Both the position numbers and the translations under genes were made by a program. The notes beneath the pieces are model-generated. The model was given only the letters and a program-made list of their open reading frames with translations, ran no database searches and was not told where the DNA came from. Positions 1 through 11,609 of a stretch of 64,000 nucleotides of DNA are shown here, piece by piece; the stretch's first letter is position 1; each line of letters starts with the position of its first letter. The DNA is from Andalucia godoyi And28 (lineage: Eukaryota > Protista > Jakobida). The stretch covers positions 93,397 to 157,396 of the forward strand of contig VRVR01000026.1 of assembly GCA_009859145.1 (NCBI GenBank). The letters are read 5' to 3'.

Positions 1-1065
1 GAAGATTTCTGCAACCAAGTTGCACGCCGCAATCATGGAACTGGATCCGATTTTGATGGCCACAAGAATAGAAAGGACCATCGATTGTGCAACCTCGAGG
101 AGGATCGTAACCAAGTTTGCGCTGCACTGGATCCAAAATATCTTCCAAAGCTGTCGCAAGAACATCGCCTCGAGCATCGTTTGTGCCTCCTTTCCGTCCT
201 TGACAAGCAAATGAAGCCTCTCCGGCTGCTGCTGCTGCTGCTGCTGTTGTTGTTGTTGAGGTTGATGGCTCTTATCAACGTCCCCAAGAATGGGTATCCT
301 ACTGCCCCTCTCGGAATCGCTGTTGACGACAAACTCAACGTCCGCAAAACTCTGTGAGCGTGACGAATCTTCAGCGGTCGGCGAAACAGGGTCCTGATGC
401 ACCTCTGGCAATTCTTGATGTTTGTACGTTACCACCGCTGCGCAAAACAAGTCCAGTCCTGCACAAAGATTTGTGGTAAGCGCAGCGCCTTTGTATCCCC
501 ACATCTGAATCAAGGGAAACGAGAGCGCAATGTGTGTACAGCAAACGAACAAGTCCATGTAAAATACCGGACCTGAAATGTGCATTGCAGAGACTCGATG
601 CGTGAGATTTGTGGAAACTGCACTGAGGAACAGCGACGGCAGCAACAACCGCAAGAACTCACGGACAATGGACAAGTCGACATCGTTCACTCCGAATGCT
701 TCAAACATGTCTGCAGCAAAAATCCATAGAATCGACACCGGAATCATCAACAAAACATTAGAAATACCAGCAATCATCGTCCATGTGTTCACCATGAGCA
801 GGTCGCCGCGACCAGCCGCCGGAGCCACAAGAGACGACTGTGAGATTGCAACCCCGTACCATGCAGAAATGGCAAATCCATATCCCCATACCTGAGCAAG
901 TGACACGGATGCAACTTCTATCGTCGATCGAAACCCTAGAAAGAAGAGCTGCAATGTAAAAGGAAGAGATTCAACGAGATTCCCCAATACTGTGGACCAG
1001 GCAACAGACATCCAGCTTCGGAATTCTCTTCCGAGCTTTTCTCGACTATACCATGCAGACTGCAT
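1..1065 (-). CDS. MATE-family efflux transporter, 5' part (runs off the left edge)
   Basis: Not in the ORF track because it has no stop in the window. Manual translation from ATG at 1065 is open to base 1: MQSAWYSREKLGREFRSWMSVAWSTVLGNLVESLPFTLQLFFLGFRSTIEVASVSLAQVWGYG...SLVAPAAGRGD...WGYKGAALTT. Successive TM helices with the MATE N-lobe pattern and a polyQ linker before the second lobe. Confidence 0.75.
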   Translation of the reverse strand, partial: MQSAWYSREKLGREFRSWMSVAWSTVLGNLVESLPFTLQLFFLGFRSTIEVASVSLAQVWGYGFAISAWYGVAISQSSLVAPAAGRGDLLMVNTWTMIAGISNVLLMIPVSILWIFAADMFEAFGVNDVDLSIVREFLRLLLPSLFLSAVSTNLTHRVSAMHISGPVFYMDLFVCCTHIALSFPLIQMWGYKGAALTTNLCAGLDLFCAAVVTYKHQELPEVHQDPVSPTAEDSSRSQSFADVEFVVNSDSERGSRIPILGDVDKSHQPQQQQQQQQQQQPERLHLLVKDGKEAQTMLEAMFLRQLWKIFWIQCSANLVTILLEVAQSMVLSILVAIKIGSSSMIAACNLVAEIF

Positions 1066-1584
1066 TGCTCGCTCGAACCCCTCTTTTTTTGATAAACAAC
1101 AGAGACAACAGCCTCATGAAAAGTTGGAAATAACAGAACAAAAAAAAAGTAATACAATATCTTTTGATGTTTTTATAGACTGATTGAAGAATCAAAATGA
1201 AAAATAAAATAAAATAAAACAAGAACACATTCAAAACGCAATGGAATCTTCGGAAACCTCAAATTGATCGAATTCGAATCATCCGCGAAAGTTGCGCACC
1301 AAAGCATCGCGATTCCCGGAATCTCAAAGTCCAAAGTGCAGCAAAGACAGAAACGGGCGTCTGTCAGTGGATAAGATGTGCTGCGAGATGCATGTAGGCC
1401 GTCCTAACAATGATGTTGTACCAGAGTGTGGTGTGTGCATCTGCTGCACAAAAATTGCGATGAAATTTACCAAAGATAAACAACTGAAAATACAAATCAT
1501 AACAGAAAGTGTAGGAGACTCCGGAAGATGGAGCGAGGAACTTTCTGCTGTTTTTTGTTTGTTTGTTTTGTTTTGTTTTTGTGC

Positions 1585-2619
1585 CTAGTTTGCTTTGTTG
1601 CCTGGGACACGGACGACGTCGGTAAGGATCTTGAGAGACGTGTCGAGGCATTCCGCAGCGCGCTTTTCATCGAGCGCGAGCTGGGATGCTCTTGCCTCCT
1701 TCGAGTTGGCATAGTACTTGCCGCCGTGGAATGCGAGTTTGGGGTCAAGGGCGCAAGTGACCTGCGTCTCCGCGCCTTGTGCAGGGCTCTTGAACATGAC
1801 CTTTCCGACGGCATTGACGAAGATGGGAAGTCCAAGAGGCAAACCGCGAGCGATACCCGTTGCGACAATCCCTGGATGAACCGCGTAGAACTGAACGGTC
1901 GGCGCATACTGCTTCTGCATCGCAAACGCAACATACAAATTCGCAAGTTTCGACTGCTCATACATGCCCCCAGGAGAGTAGTTCTTCTCGGACTTCCACG
2001 ACGCATAATCCATGGGACCCGCATTGTAGTGAGTGGACGACGTGACCATCACGACTCGTGCAGGGTCGTCCTTCTTTCCACTCCCTGCCTTTCGCAACAG
2101 CGGCAGCAGCTCGCGAACAAGCAGCGTATGGCCCAGATGATTCGTAGCAATCTGCGACTCAAAACCATCAATAGTTCGTGCAAACGGCACGGCCATAATG
2201 CCTGCGTTACACACCAACACATGCAGTCCCGACTGGTTAATTTCCCTTATGTTTGCAATGTGCGCTGCAAACGAAAGCACAGAAGAAAAAGATGACAGAT
2301 CCAGAGACGCATGGACAACCTTGGATCCAGTCGCCGACGCGTCCTGCTCCAGCGACTTTACTGCCGCATCCCCCGCAGAAGATGAGCGACATCCAATCAC
2401 GACATTCACGCCGTCCTGCAGAAACGCCCGAACAGTCTCAAGTCCAATGCCGCCATTCCCACCCGTCACCACGGCCCATTTTCCACGGTTCACAGACACC
2501 GTCCCGCGGCGGCTCGCAGGAACGTAAGGAGCAGGAGAGGTCCACCAGTCAATGGCTTCCACAACATACAAGTAAAGCCCAAGAATGCAAAACCAGAGTA
2601 CGCGTAGAAACGACATCAT
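1585..2619 (-). CDS. Short-chain dehydrogenase/reductase, retinol dehydrogenase (RDH11-14/WWOX)-like
   Basis: TGGNGGIG Rossmann motif, LVCNAGIM, FESQIATNHLGH, catalytic YEQSK (YxxxK), VHPG; hydrophobic N-terminus. Confidence 0.92.
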   Translation of the reverse strand: MMSFLRVLWFCILGLYLYVVEAIDWWTSPAPYVPASRRGTVSVNRGKWAVVTGGNGGIGLETVRAFLQDGVNVVIGCRSSSAGDAAVKSLEQDASATGSKVVHASLDLSSFSSVLSFAAHIANIREINQSGLHVLVCNAGIMAVPFARTIDGFESQIATNHLGHTLLVRELLPLLRKAGSGKKDDPARVVMVTSSTHYNAGPMDYASWKSEKNYSPGGMYEQSKLANLYVAFAMQKQYAPTVQFYAVHPGIVATGIARGLPLGLPIFVNAVGKVMFKSPAQGAETQVTCALDPKLAFHGGKYYANSKEARASQLALDEKRAAECLDTSLKILTDVVRVPGNKAN

Positions 2620-2805
2620 TCTCCTTCGACTCGCTTATCCTTATCCTTCGAAAAACGCTGGATCTTCGTATCTCCTCCAAGGTCCAGACACGTAATGGAT
2701 ATCCCGAAAACTCTTTTTCTTCTTCTTCTGTTTCTTCTGTTTCTTCTGCTTCATCTGCTTCATCTGCTTCCTCTGCTTCTGCTTCACATAGCAAACAGAA
2801 GCAAC

Positions 2806-3621
2806 ATGCAACTTTTACGACCGAAGTCTGTGCAGCGGGGTGTTTCCGATTTTGTCCTGGAGTCCGAGGAGAATGATCCCGCAAAATCCACACGTCATGG
2901 AAGATGCTGCGGTGAGCACTCCCAGCAGGTGATGATTGGACGGGTGGTGCGCAAAGTGCGATCCGGCAGGTTGCTGCCGCCGACTGTGCCTTTTGAAATC
3001 GGAGTTGACGGAGTTGGAACGGGCTCCGTGGTCGGACCCATCACGTTTGCTGCAGTGTATTTTCCGCATGACACTCACATTCCAGGGCTGGACGACTCGA
3101 AGAAGATGACTGCGAATGCCAGGCGAAAGGTTGCCGAGGTGATCAAAGACCGTGCGCTGTCCTTCTCTGTCCAGAATGTGAGCGCGCGTGAAATTGATGA
3201 GAGCGGTCTTTCCTGGGCCATTCAAACATGCATTGTGAGAGCAGTGGACGCAGTGCTGGCGAGTTCGCGTGCTGATGTGTCCGATGGTGATGCGTGGTGC
3301 ATTCGTATCGATGGGAAACCATGGGCCGGTACGCGTGAAATGTGCGAAAGGGTTCGTTGGCTCACCGCGGCACAGTTTGTTGTGCGTGGCGACGGGCAGT
3401 TCACTAGCATGGCGGCAGCATCCGTGCTTGCAAAGGTGCACAGAGACGACGTGCTGATGCCTGCATTGCATCAGAAATTTCCCGAGTACAACTGGATCCA
3501 GAACAAGGGATACTACACCGCAGAACATCGGAATGCAGTTCGTATCCACGGACTGTGTCCACATCATCGGAAATCATTTTCGACACAGCAGCACGAGCAA
3601 CTGAAAAAAGGTGTCGTTTGA
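2806..3621 (+). CDS. rnhB: Bacterial-type ribonuclease HII-like protein with a degenerate first motif
   Basis: GLDDSKK, IRIDG, RGDG..SMAAASVLAKVHRD, NKGYYT..H, P.HRKSF. First motif reads GVDGVGTG instead of GVDEAGRG. Start uncertain: ATG 2806 or ATG 2932. Confidence 0.85.
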   Translation: MQLLRPKSVQRGVSDFVLESEENDPAKSTRHGRCCGEHSQQVMIGRVVRKVRSGRLLPPTVPFEIGVDGVGTGSVVGPITFAAVYFPHDTHIPGLDDSKKMTANARRKVAEVIKDRALSFSVQNVSAREIDESGLSWAIQTCIVRAVDAVLASSRADVSDGDAWCIRIDGKPWAGTREMCERVRWLTAAQFVVRGDGQFTSMAAASVLAKVHRDDVLMPALHQKFPEYNWIQNKGYYTAEHRNAVRIHGLCPHHRKSFSTQQHEQLKKGVV

Positions 3622-4076
3622 CAAAAACGATGACGGGCGAGTGAATTTACATCTTGAAATGTTGAAACAAAGTCTATATATATGTACAGGTGCTGAATCA
3701 ATAAGAAACGAAGGAAACAGGTACAAGGAGGGCAGCAGTACACCCTGGCTCCGTCAATACATTCATTGCCATATCCTTTGCAGTGGCTGTTGCCACGGCA
3801 ATTCTTCTTTTTTGTGAAACGAATTTTCTTTTCTTTTTCTTTCTCTTTTTTTCCAGGTTGCTGGGTAGGTGCAACGCGGGGGGAGGGGGGCCATTCCTTT
3901 CACACAGAAGCGCTGGCCAAACTCACAAGGCTGCAAAACGGGGGGAGAATATGGACACGAAAACAGATCAATTAGGAAAACGTAAGAAAAAAATGATTAA
4001 AATAAAATTAAAAAAACAACATGAAAAACGGCAAGAAGGCAGGAAATAATAATGATGATGATGATGATCTTCTCGA

Positions 4077-5522
4077 TTATTCGGCATCGCGCTCTTCCGA
4101 AGACTCTTCTTCTTCATGGCCTCCATCCGTCTTCACCTTCTTTGTTGATCCCGAATACACGAGCTCAAAATTGTCCGGCCTGCGAGAAAAGATAACCGTC
4201 TGAGGAGAAACGACGACGACATTTGCACTGTGCAATTCGACAACGACGCGGAACGCATCGTGTGTAAACTGTGCAAACGACAATCGGACTGCAATACATC
4301 CGTCCTGTCCGTACTTAACCTGCTGCTCCTTGAGGGAATCCACAAGGACTCCTTCGACAGCTTGGCCTGTTCCCACAAAGACCAGATGCACACGGGCAGT
4401 AAGCATATCACCAACGCGAATCCCGCGTTCTGCAGAGTCAAAACGGATGCGGACAAGATAGTGCTCGGACTTGACGAGACCCGGGCGGAAAAGCCTCTTT
4501 TTCTGCGTCTTTAGCGTTGTGACTCCGATTGCAACACCTGCAGCGTACTTGCGGTCCAATGGAGCACAGACTCGCCAGCCAGTCATGAAATCTGGGATTT
4601 TGTCCGACGTCGCGATACGAAATGCCTTGCGATGTGCAGCCTTCGAGACACATGGTTGGTACCGCAGCGCAACGACAATCTGATCCACAATCTCTTCCGC
4701 CAGATGTGCAAAATGCGAAGACCACGGCGCTTGAACAAGTTCTCGGTGGTTGCCAGCCATCACTCCTGAAGACTTGCTCATCGTCAGCATACTTGATGCA
4801 TTGCCATTGCCATTGCCGTTGCCGTTGCTGTTGCTCGTGGAATTCAATGAAGAAGAGTCGTGTTTGTTGTTATTCGAGTTAGAGACGGTCGAAGACGAGC
4901 TGCTCATCATGATTGCATATGGATTACCGGCCATGGCGCTGTTGCAGCTTTGCGGGGCAGCCGCAGGCGTTGCCTCCATGATCTTTGCACGCTTCGCATC
5001 TGGAGGGGCTGCAACTGCATACGCTTCATAGCTGTCTTTCCGAGTCAGAGGAGTGAAACCCCCATTCACACTCTGCATATGATTTTCGATGATTCTGGCC
5101 GCTGCAAAAGCAGACACATCCAGATTCGCGAGCGACGACGACGAACAGTCGCGGAAGAATGGATGATCAAACAGCGAGTCATTCCCAGCGAATGAATAAA
5201 AGGCATTGGCAATGGTGTTGTTGTTGTTGCTGTTGTTGTTGTCGTAATTGGCACCACCACCGCCACCAATACTGCTACTCCTCTCAAGACCGTTCAACGC
5301 CGCTATTCCATTGTTCATACTGGAAAACAGCAACGAGTCGTCAAGCTCGTTGCCGAACGGGACCTCAGGAGCAGTGTAGAGCGAGATCTGCGCGGCGTCA
5401 TCGTACGAAACCAACGCGTCCGAAGACACTCCGAGCAATTCAGCAAGCTCATCGGTCAACGGATGGACCGGGGCTGTCGACGGAGCCAGCTGAAACGGCA
5501 TTGAAATTGCGTGAAACGACAT
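4077..5522 (-). CDS. Putative transcription factor: N/S-rich low-complexity region plus beta-rich C-terminal domain
   Basis: Long ORF, first ATG at 5522. Poly-N/S/G tracts, then a domain ending RLSFAQFTHDAFRVVV...VSPQTVIFSRRP and a basic KKVK segment. Function is inference. Confidence 0.55.
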   Translation of the reverse strand: MSFHAISMPFQLAPSTAPVHPLTDELAELLGVSSDALVSYDDAAQISLYTAPEVPFGNELDDSLLFSSMNNGIAALNGLERSSSIGGGGGANYDNNNSNNNNTIANAFYSFAGNDSLFDHPFFRDCSSSSLANLDVSAFAAARIIENHMQSVNGGFTPLTRKDSYEAYAVAAPPDAKRAKIMEATPAAAPQSCNSAMAGNPYAIMMSSSSSTVSNSNNNKHDSSSLNSTSNSNGNGNGNGNASSMLTMSKSSGVMAGNHRELVQAPWSSHFAHLAEEIVDQIVVALRYQPCVSKAAHRKAFRIATSDKIPDFMTGWRVCAPLDRKYAAGVAIGVTTLKTQKKRLFRPGLVKSEHYLVRIRFDSAERGIRVGDMLTARVHLVFVGTGQAVEGVLVDSLKEQQVKYGQDGCIAVRLSFAQFTHDAFRVVVELHSANVVVVSPQTVIFSRRPDNFELVYSGSTKKVKTDGGHEEEESSEERDAE

Positions 5523-6496
5523 TATTACAGATGCCAACTTCCTTCTTCTTTTTTTTCCACCTCTCTTCCCACCTTCTCCCTCTCAAGAAACTCCAGCAGA
5601 GCTCTAAACGAACAATCTGAAGCTTGTTGAGCCCGGAAAAGTGCAGTCAAGAAGAGATGATGAAGAAAAACGAAACAAGATGATTGCGCTCTCTTCTGTG
5701 ATTTTGTCGGGGGTTTCCTCCAAGGAACTTGGTGCTTGCTTTCGCTGTTCTTCCTTTTGAGACTGATTTAATTTTTTTAATATAATATCTAAAATAGTAT
5801 AATCACACAACTGGACAAAAGGAAGGAGGAAGAAAGAAGAAAGAAGAGAAGGAGGGAAAAATAATATAATAACCTCAGAACGCAAAAGGGTGAGTCGTCC
5901 GTGTGCTGTTGTTCGGTGTACACTTGCGCACTCTTGGCTGCGGTGGGGGAAAATCGGTGAAATTGAGGAAAACTCCAAAGGCGGGTTTACCCGAGGACGA
6001 CGGAAATCAAGGGGAAAAAAGATCGCCGATCCCGCGAAGGCTTTTCGGGGATGTGTTTCCTTTTGCGGCTGGGCTTGACGGCAATTTAATCTCTGCAGTC
6101 ATCTTTTTGGTTGAAGGAACTTGAATGTGCTTTGGGCGGCGTTATAATGCGAAAAACCCCCGAGTACAACTTTTTTTTTTCTCTTCCTGATGACTACAGC
6201 TGGAAACCCGCTTGAAAAAAGAAAGTGGAGGATTTATGATGAGTGTGTTATTGATAATGTACAGAATCGAGCAGCGCGCGTTGTTACGAAACGAAACGAA
6301 ACCAACATAAAATGAAAATAAAATTAAATAAAACAACAGCGACAACTGGTCTTTGCTCTTTGGAATTACACCGCATGCGTAATAATATGTATAATAAAAA
6401 GAAACCGCATAATCACCGCAGCGACAAAAACAAGAAGAAGAGCATAAATAAGAATGAAACGGCAGAAGAGGAAGAGGAAGACTCGGAGCCAAAGGC

Positions 6497-8099
6497 CTAC
6501 CACTTGTTGGACTTCTTCATGATCTTGGGAGCGGTGCGGTTAAGGATGCGAACGCTTCCGGCATGTGAAATGTCCACTTCCGTGGGAGCTGCCCACCAGG
6601 CCTCGCCATCAGTCTGAAACGGGAACTGGCGCATCTTTGCAGTCTGCTTCTCGGTTGCAACGAGTCTGACTGCGGCTCCTTGTCCCAATACCCAAGGCCT
6701 CGAAAGCCCAAGTGTGAGGCCCACGAGGGAGATCGGAGATCGCATTGCAACAACTTCGATAAGTCCATCACCAGCGTTCTGCGGCTGGTATCCGAGGGTC
6801 CGCTGCTCGTTGCGAGACGGCTTGTAAATGCAATTTCCGTTTGCATACGACGAATGGTTGATGAGGACAATGCAGCCGGCAAGCTTCGGTATCGAAACTT
6901 CGGAACCGTCAATGATGAGTTTGTAGTACTTTGAAATCTTTGCATTTCCCTTGACCATTCGCTTGATGCCAAACCACGTTGTCAGAGCCTTGGAGATGAT
7001 GCGGGACCGCGAAGATGTCTTTGGATGTTGTGTGCGATACAGGTGCCAGTCATACATGACTGCTGCGTCCCAACCAATTGAAAAGAAGGAGAACATACGA
7101 GAAACGTGAGCAGGAAGTGCATCGCAATTCGGCATTCGGATGGACCACGCATCAATCGAACTCACAAATGAAGTAGGTAGAGCACCGAGCATACGAGCAA
7201 GAACCATAGCCGAAGAGAAGGATGCCGTGTCGGCGGCCGCCGATCCCTCTGGTGACATTGGGCCAGGAGAAGTCACTTCTCGGAACTGGCGCATTTCGTT
7301 CTGCGATTCTGTTGGAGAAGCCGCTCGTGGCGAAGACCCGTGCCGCTGGGTCTCTTGTGGTGGACGCGAGGATTCGGATGAAGGCTCCATTGGCGAGTGA
7401 TCGGGCTCCTCTGTGGACAGCTCGTGGAAAGAGCCGAGACTGTGCACGTGGATCGATCCGCGATGGGTGGATTCAAACACCTCGGAGCGCATGGGGTGCG
7501 GCGTACCAAGTACATCCTCTTTTGCAGAAGACGTATTTGCGATGGACACCGACGTCGTCCGCTGGTGAACTTGCAGCTTGTGCTTTGTTGAAGAAAATGA
7601 CGATGCAGACCCGTTGGTTTTCCCAGTTGCCGGTGTGCCTGCCCCCGGACTCAGCACGCCAGGTCCATCAATATGTTTCTTCCTTTTCTCCGGCCCTCTC
7701 TTTTCAGCCTGCGCCTTCTCACGCCCTTGTGGCTTTTGCTGTTTCTTGGACTTGAGCATACGATTCATCTTGTCTGGCGGAATTCCAATACCCCAGCCGC
7801 ATTCCCGTGGCAGCATGTTTCCTGTTCCAATCGGAACAGTTAAGCACACTGGCGATTCCTTGATCACGCGCTGCTGAAGCGCATCAATCATGGCACCGAG
7901 AACGGAGCAGTGTGTGCCGTCACCACCGCACGAAATTACCAGGATTCTCGATCCACCCCCGAACGTATTGCTCGACACCTTGATTGGTGAAGGAGGCTCC
8001 ATATTGCCGCTTATAATTCCAACACCGGCCGCCGCTCCAGCTTCAGTTCCGATTCCGCTTTCATTGCTAGGAACAGGACCTGCAGATGATGAAGACGAA

Positions 8100-8147
<48 letters not shown>

Positions 8148-9163
8148 GTTGATGATGAAATCCCGACATGGCTGTTGCTAGGATCCGGTAGGCTGAACTT
8201 CTTCATCACATCCGCAAGAACTCCAAGTGGGTGCTTCGAAGGGTTCGACCAATCGTCAAGCAAGACGACTGTGGAGGGGATCTTGTGGGCCGCAAACAGA
8301 GACGCAAACAAGCTTGCAGCATGCTCGCCCTGTGCAATTCCACTCCTGGGATTGACCAGCACGATTGAATGGTCGAACTTACTCCGAAACGAATCGGAAT
8401 CGAGTGACTCGGCCTCTGGAGTTCCAAAACATTGCAGAAACATTTCCTGGAACAGTGTGAACGGGTTCACCAAGATTCCCATATTTCCAATCGTCGACGT
8501 AGGGCGCACATCTCCGGACTGCAAATTTACATACTCTGCAGTCACGTGGCTCTCCAGTCTTCCATGACCAACGCTTTCATTGTCGTTATCAATGCCGTTG
8601 TTCTCATCGTGATGTCCAGCGACCACCACGATATCCGAGTCGCTGTTCACGTTGCTAAGATCGACATCGGATGGCGCCGCAGTCATGACGATATCGGCAG
8701 TTTCCTCGCCTCCATTCACCAAATCGGAGGACTGTTCATCCGAATGAAACACAGGTTGCGCATGATTGTTGTTTGAATTCGCAGTCATAAGATTGCTATT
8801 GCTGCTTTGGGAATACAGCACCTGGTCGCGCATCGACAACGATTGTGTCCGCGAATGCACAGACGACGCCGAACCATTGGACACCGAGTTTGAGTTGGAC
8901 CGAACGTGCGATGAGCTCGACGGAGCCGAACGCTTCGGAGGAGTCTTAATAAGAGAAGAAGGTGACCGTATGTTCGAAGATCCCGAAGAAGAAGAAGATG
9001 ATGATGATGATGATGATGATGACGACGACGAGGAGGAGGAGGGAGATGAGGAGGAAGGAAACGCCGATGATGAAGGTAACGCGGCAGAAGACGAAGAAAG
9101 CGACTTTGCATGACCTGGAGATGAAAACGGATGGTATATTGGATCCAGATTCGAAGTGGGCAT
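6497..9163 (-). CDS. Diacylglycerol kinase-family protein
   Basis: LVNPRSG, ISCGGDGT, VPIGTGN, FSFFSIGWDA, DGLIEVV, FQTDGEAW; long Ser-rich insertions. First ATG at 9163. Confidence 0.9.
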
Positions 9164-9415
9164 TCTCACTTCCGACGTTATTTTCGTTTCTTTCTTTCCT
9201 TTTGAGGTGTAAGCGTTGAGAGGGAGGTGTCAAGAGGGGAAATCACGGGCACACAGGTGTTGTTTGAAATTGTATGAACACTCCCACACACACGGACACG
9301 CGCGCGCGAGAAAGAGAAAGAGAAACAAAGAAGAGAAACCGAAACCAAAACCGAAACCAAAAAACGAAGCGAATGAATTATCATTAACAAGAAGAAATGA
9401 AAAGAAATTGAGCGT

Positions 9416-11285
9416 TTAAGAAGCGGCAATTTTATCCCGAAAAGTGATTCGAACTGGGTCGCGGCTCGAAGTCACGAGGAAAGAATGGTCGCCCATCCGC
9501 TTTTTTACAGCAGCCTCTCTGTACACTGCCTGTTGACAGCGACGACCGACAATCGTGTCGAGTCCCCATTCCTGGACGAATGGATTGTGGTAAAACACAT
9601 CCATTCCGCGGATGCTGCGAATGCAATCGACTCCAGGATACATAGGCTCTTCAATGAAGCAGAACGCGGCGACATTTGATTTGTCCTTGTTTGCGTATGT
9701 TGGATCCAGAAAGTCGAAAGACCGCCACGCAAACCGGATGTTGAGAGGTGTGTTCCTCCACACTCTGGAGCCCCTCCTCTTCCGCAGGAAGTCGCGATGG
9801 CCGACTGAATGGCCCGGACATGGGTACACCGGAATCCATCGCGGTTTGGGTCGTTCAGGTCGTCGTACGTAATCGGCACACATGACTCTGCGGAAAAGAC
9901 AATAAAAGTTGGGAGGCGCGCCGCTTAGAAGAGAGTCCTTGGAGGGTGCTACGAAGCCGGTCGGATCGACCATTGCATTGAGCTGCGTGCTCAGAATCTC
10001 CTTCGCGGTGATGCTTCGGAGTGAGCCGCAACACGCTTGGTCCACTTTGGTAAATTCGTTCTGCGCCTTTCCAAACGATTCGCTGTGATGATAAAGAGCT
10101 TAGTAAAACCGATTGCGCTGCGTCTGCTCCTAGTTTTGAGGCCCGTCGATTTCCAAATTGCGCGTAATCACGAGAGCCCCTTTACCCTTTGCCGATGTTT
10201 CGTAAGGATTCAGGAGAATTTCGACATGTCGGTTGTTGAGAAGCAGCATCGGAAGGCTCTTCAGTACGTCGTTCAGAACACACAACGTTCGCGCTTCTCT
10301 GAAAAACATACGGTCCTGAACGGCAAGCACGACTGCCGTGATCACACCTGCCGTTCCAAGACTTACGCGCGCTGCATGAAACACATCATCGTCACGGATG
10401 ACAGCGTCAAATCCGGGGAGATTGCTGTGCGATGTGATGGGACACGTCGGGGATTCAATGCGAACTCTCTGCGTCTTCGCCTCTCCATTGACACTGCAGA
10501 CACAGACGATTTCGATGGTGGCAATGTAGTCGAACACTGGTGCCAAGAAGATGCCGGATCCGTGGGTTCCGGTCGAAGCTGCTCCGGAGACGGACTGCTC
10601 CCAAGGTTGGAAAGAGCTAACCCCGTTGAGATCATGAAGGCGCACTGTAGATCCAACACGGATCAGACAGTGCTCAGGTTCTGCATCGAACTTTACGCAC
10701 GGGGTGGTTGGACAGCAACGATCGTCGTTTGAAGAATGGAGCGGCAGGATGGACTTTCGCAGAATGTCGTCGGAGAGCAGCTGCAAGTGTCTGGATTCCC
10801 AGCCGATGATCCGCAAATGATCAACATCTTTTTCGTTGAGATCGTATCGGCCGGCATGGTGGATGTCAAGCACATGCAGGTTTTCGTGGTTTACATCGAT
10901 CAGTCTGTCAGACGAGTACAGTGCTCCTATCGGAACAACGCCCCGCACCGGACTGAAGTGCATTCTCCACACACTGAGCAAAATCAAAGACGGAAACTGG
11001 CCGGAACCATTTCGACTTGATATCATCTGTTGTCAAGCGAGGAATTCCCCACAAAGCACACACGTTGCGCTGCGAATCCAGCCATGAATTGCGTGGTGGA
11101 GCAGACGGAACGCAGCGGACCTCTCTTTCATTCTCTTGTCCATTTGTCGCGCTGAAGCTCGTACAAGCTGCGGGCTGCTCCACAGAATTCGGCGAAGGGT
11201 CCGCGGCCACGTCGCCGTATGCATCGCTAGTTTTCGGAACCGTCTGGTCCGCCGACTGATTTTTCTGAGATTCGTTCTTTGACAT
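9416..11285 (-). pseudogene. FAD-linked aldonolactone oxidase (GULO/ALO family) pseudogene
   Basis: Family motifs are split across frames: NSW...WFRPVSVFDFAQCVENA; VVPIGALYSS; QSVSGAASTGTHGSG; FHAARVSLGTAGVITAV; a C-terminal ALO-like tail. Frameshift at the G4 run 10941-10944 and in-frame TAG (10130-10132) and TAA (10100-10102). Confidence 0.75.
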
Positions 11286-11609
11286 TTTTTAACAGCGGAG
11301 GTAGACGGCCCGGCAAAGAACTGCAGGACAGTAAGCCGATAGATCGCAAACAGGTTGGGAAGGATGCAAAAAACAAAATGCTTTCCTCTGGCAGAAAGCA
11401 GAAAACAAAGGATGTGATGGGCTTTGTGGCCTTTGGGATAACGGTGCTGGGGAAGCAGCGGTATGCAAAGACAGTTACTCGGCCTGTGTGGACCAGCGGA
11501 TCGTTGGAATTTTGGATCGCTTGGGCTGTAGCAGCAAGATCTTCCCAGAATTTACAGAAACGAATCGGCCGGGAGAGCACCTTTGCGGCGACAACAATAC
11601 GACCACACA

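Noticed and set aside
1528-2295. 255-aa plus-strand ORF and other long antisense ORFs (e.g. 2815-3567, 33682-34317, 62126-62881)
   Set aside because: They are shadows of well-supported genes on the opposite strand and have no recognisable motifs.
10100-10132. Non-standard genetic code (TAA/TAG read as sense)
   Set aside because: Many intact genes here end at TAA or TAG (e.g. SDR, RPB5, ABCA), and no other gene has in-frame stops.
10099-10185. An 87-nt GTAAAG...TACTAAG intron that would remove both stops in the lactone oxidase
   Set aside because: It is in frame, but GC-balanced and coding-like, unlike the pyrimidine- or TG-rich introns elsewhere in the window. It does not fix the frameshift at 10941-10944. 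Not excluded without cDNA.
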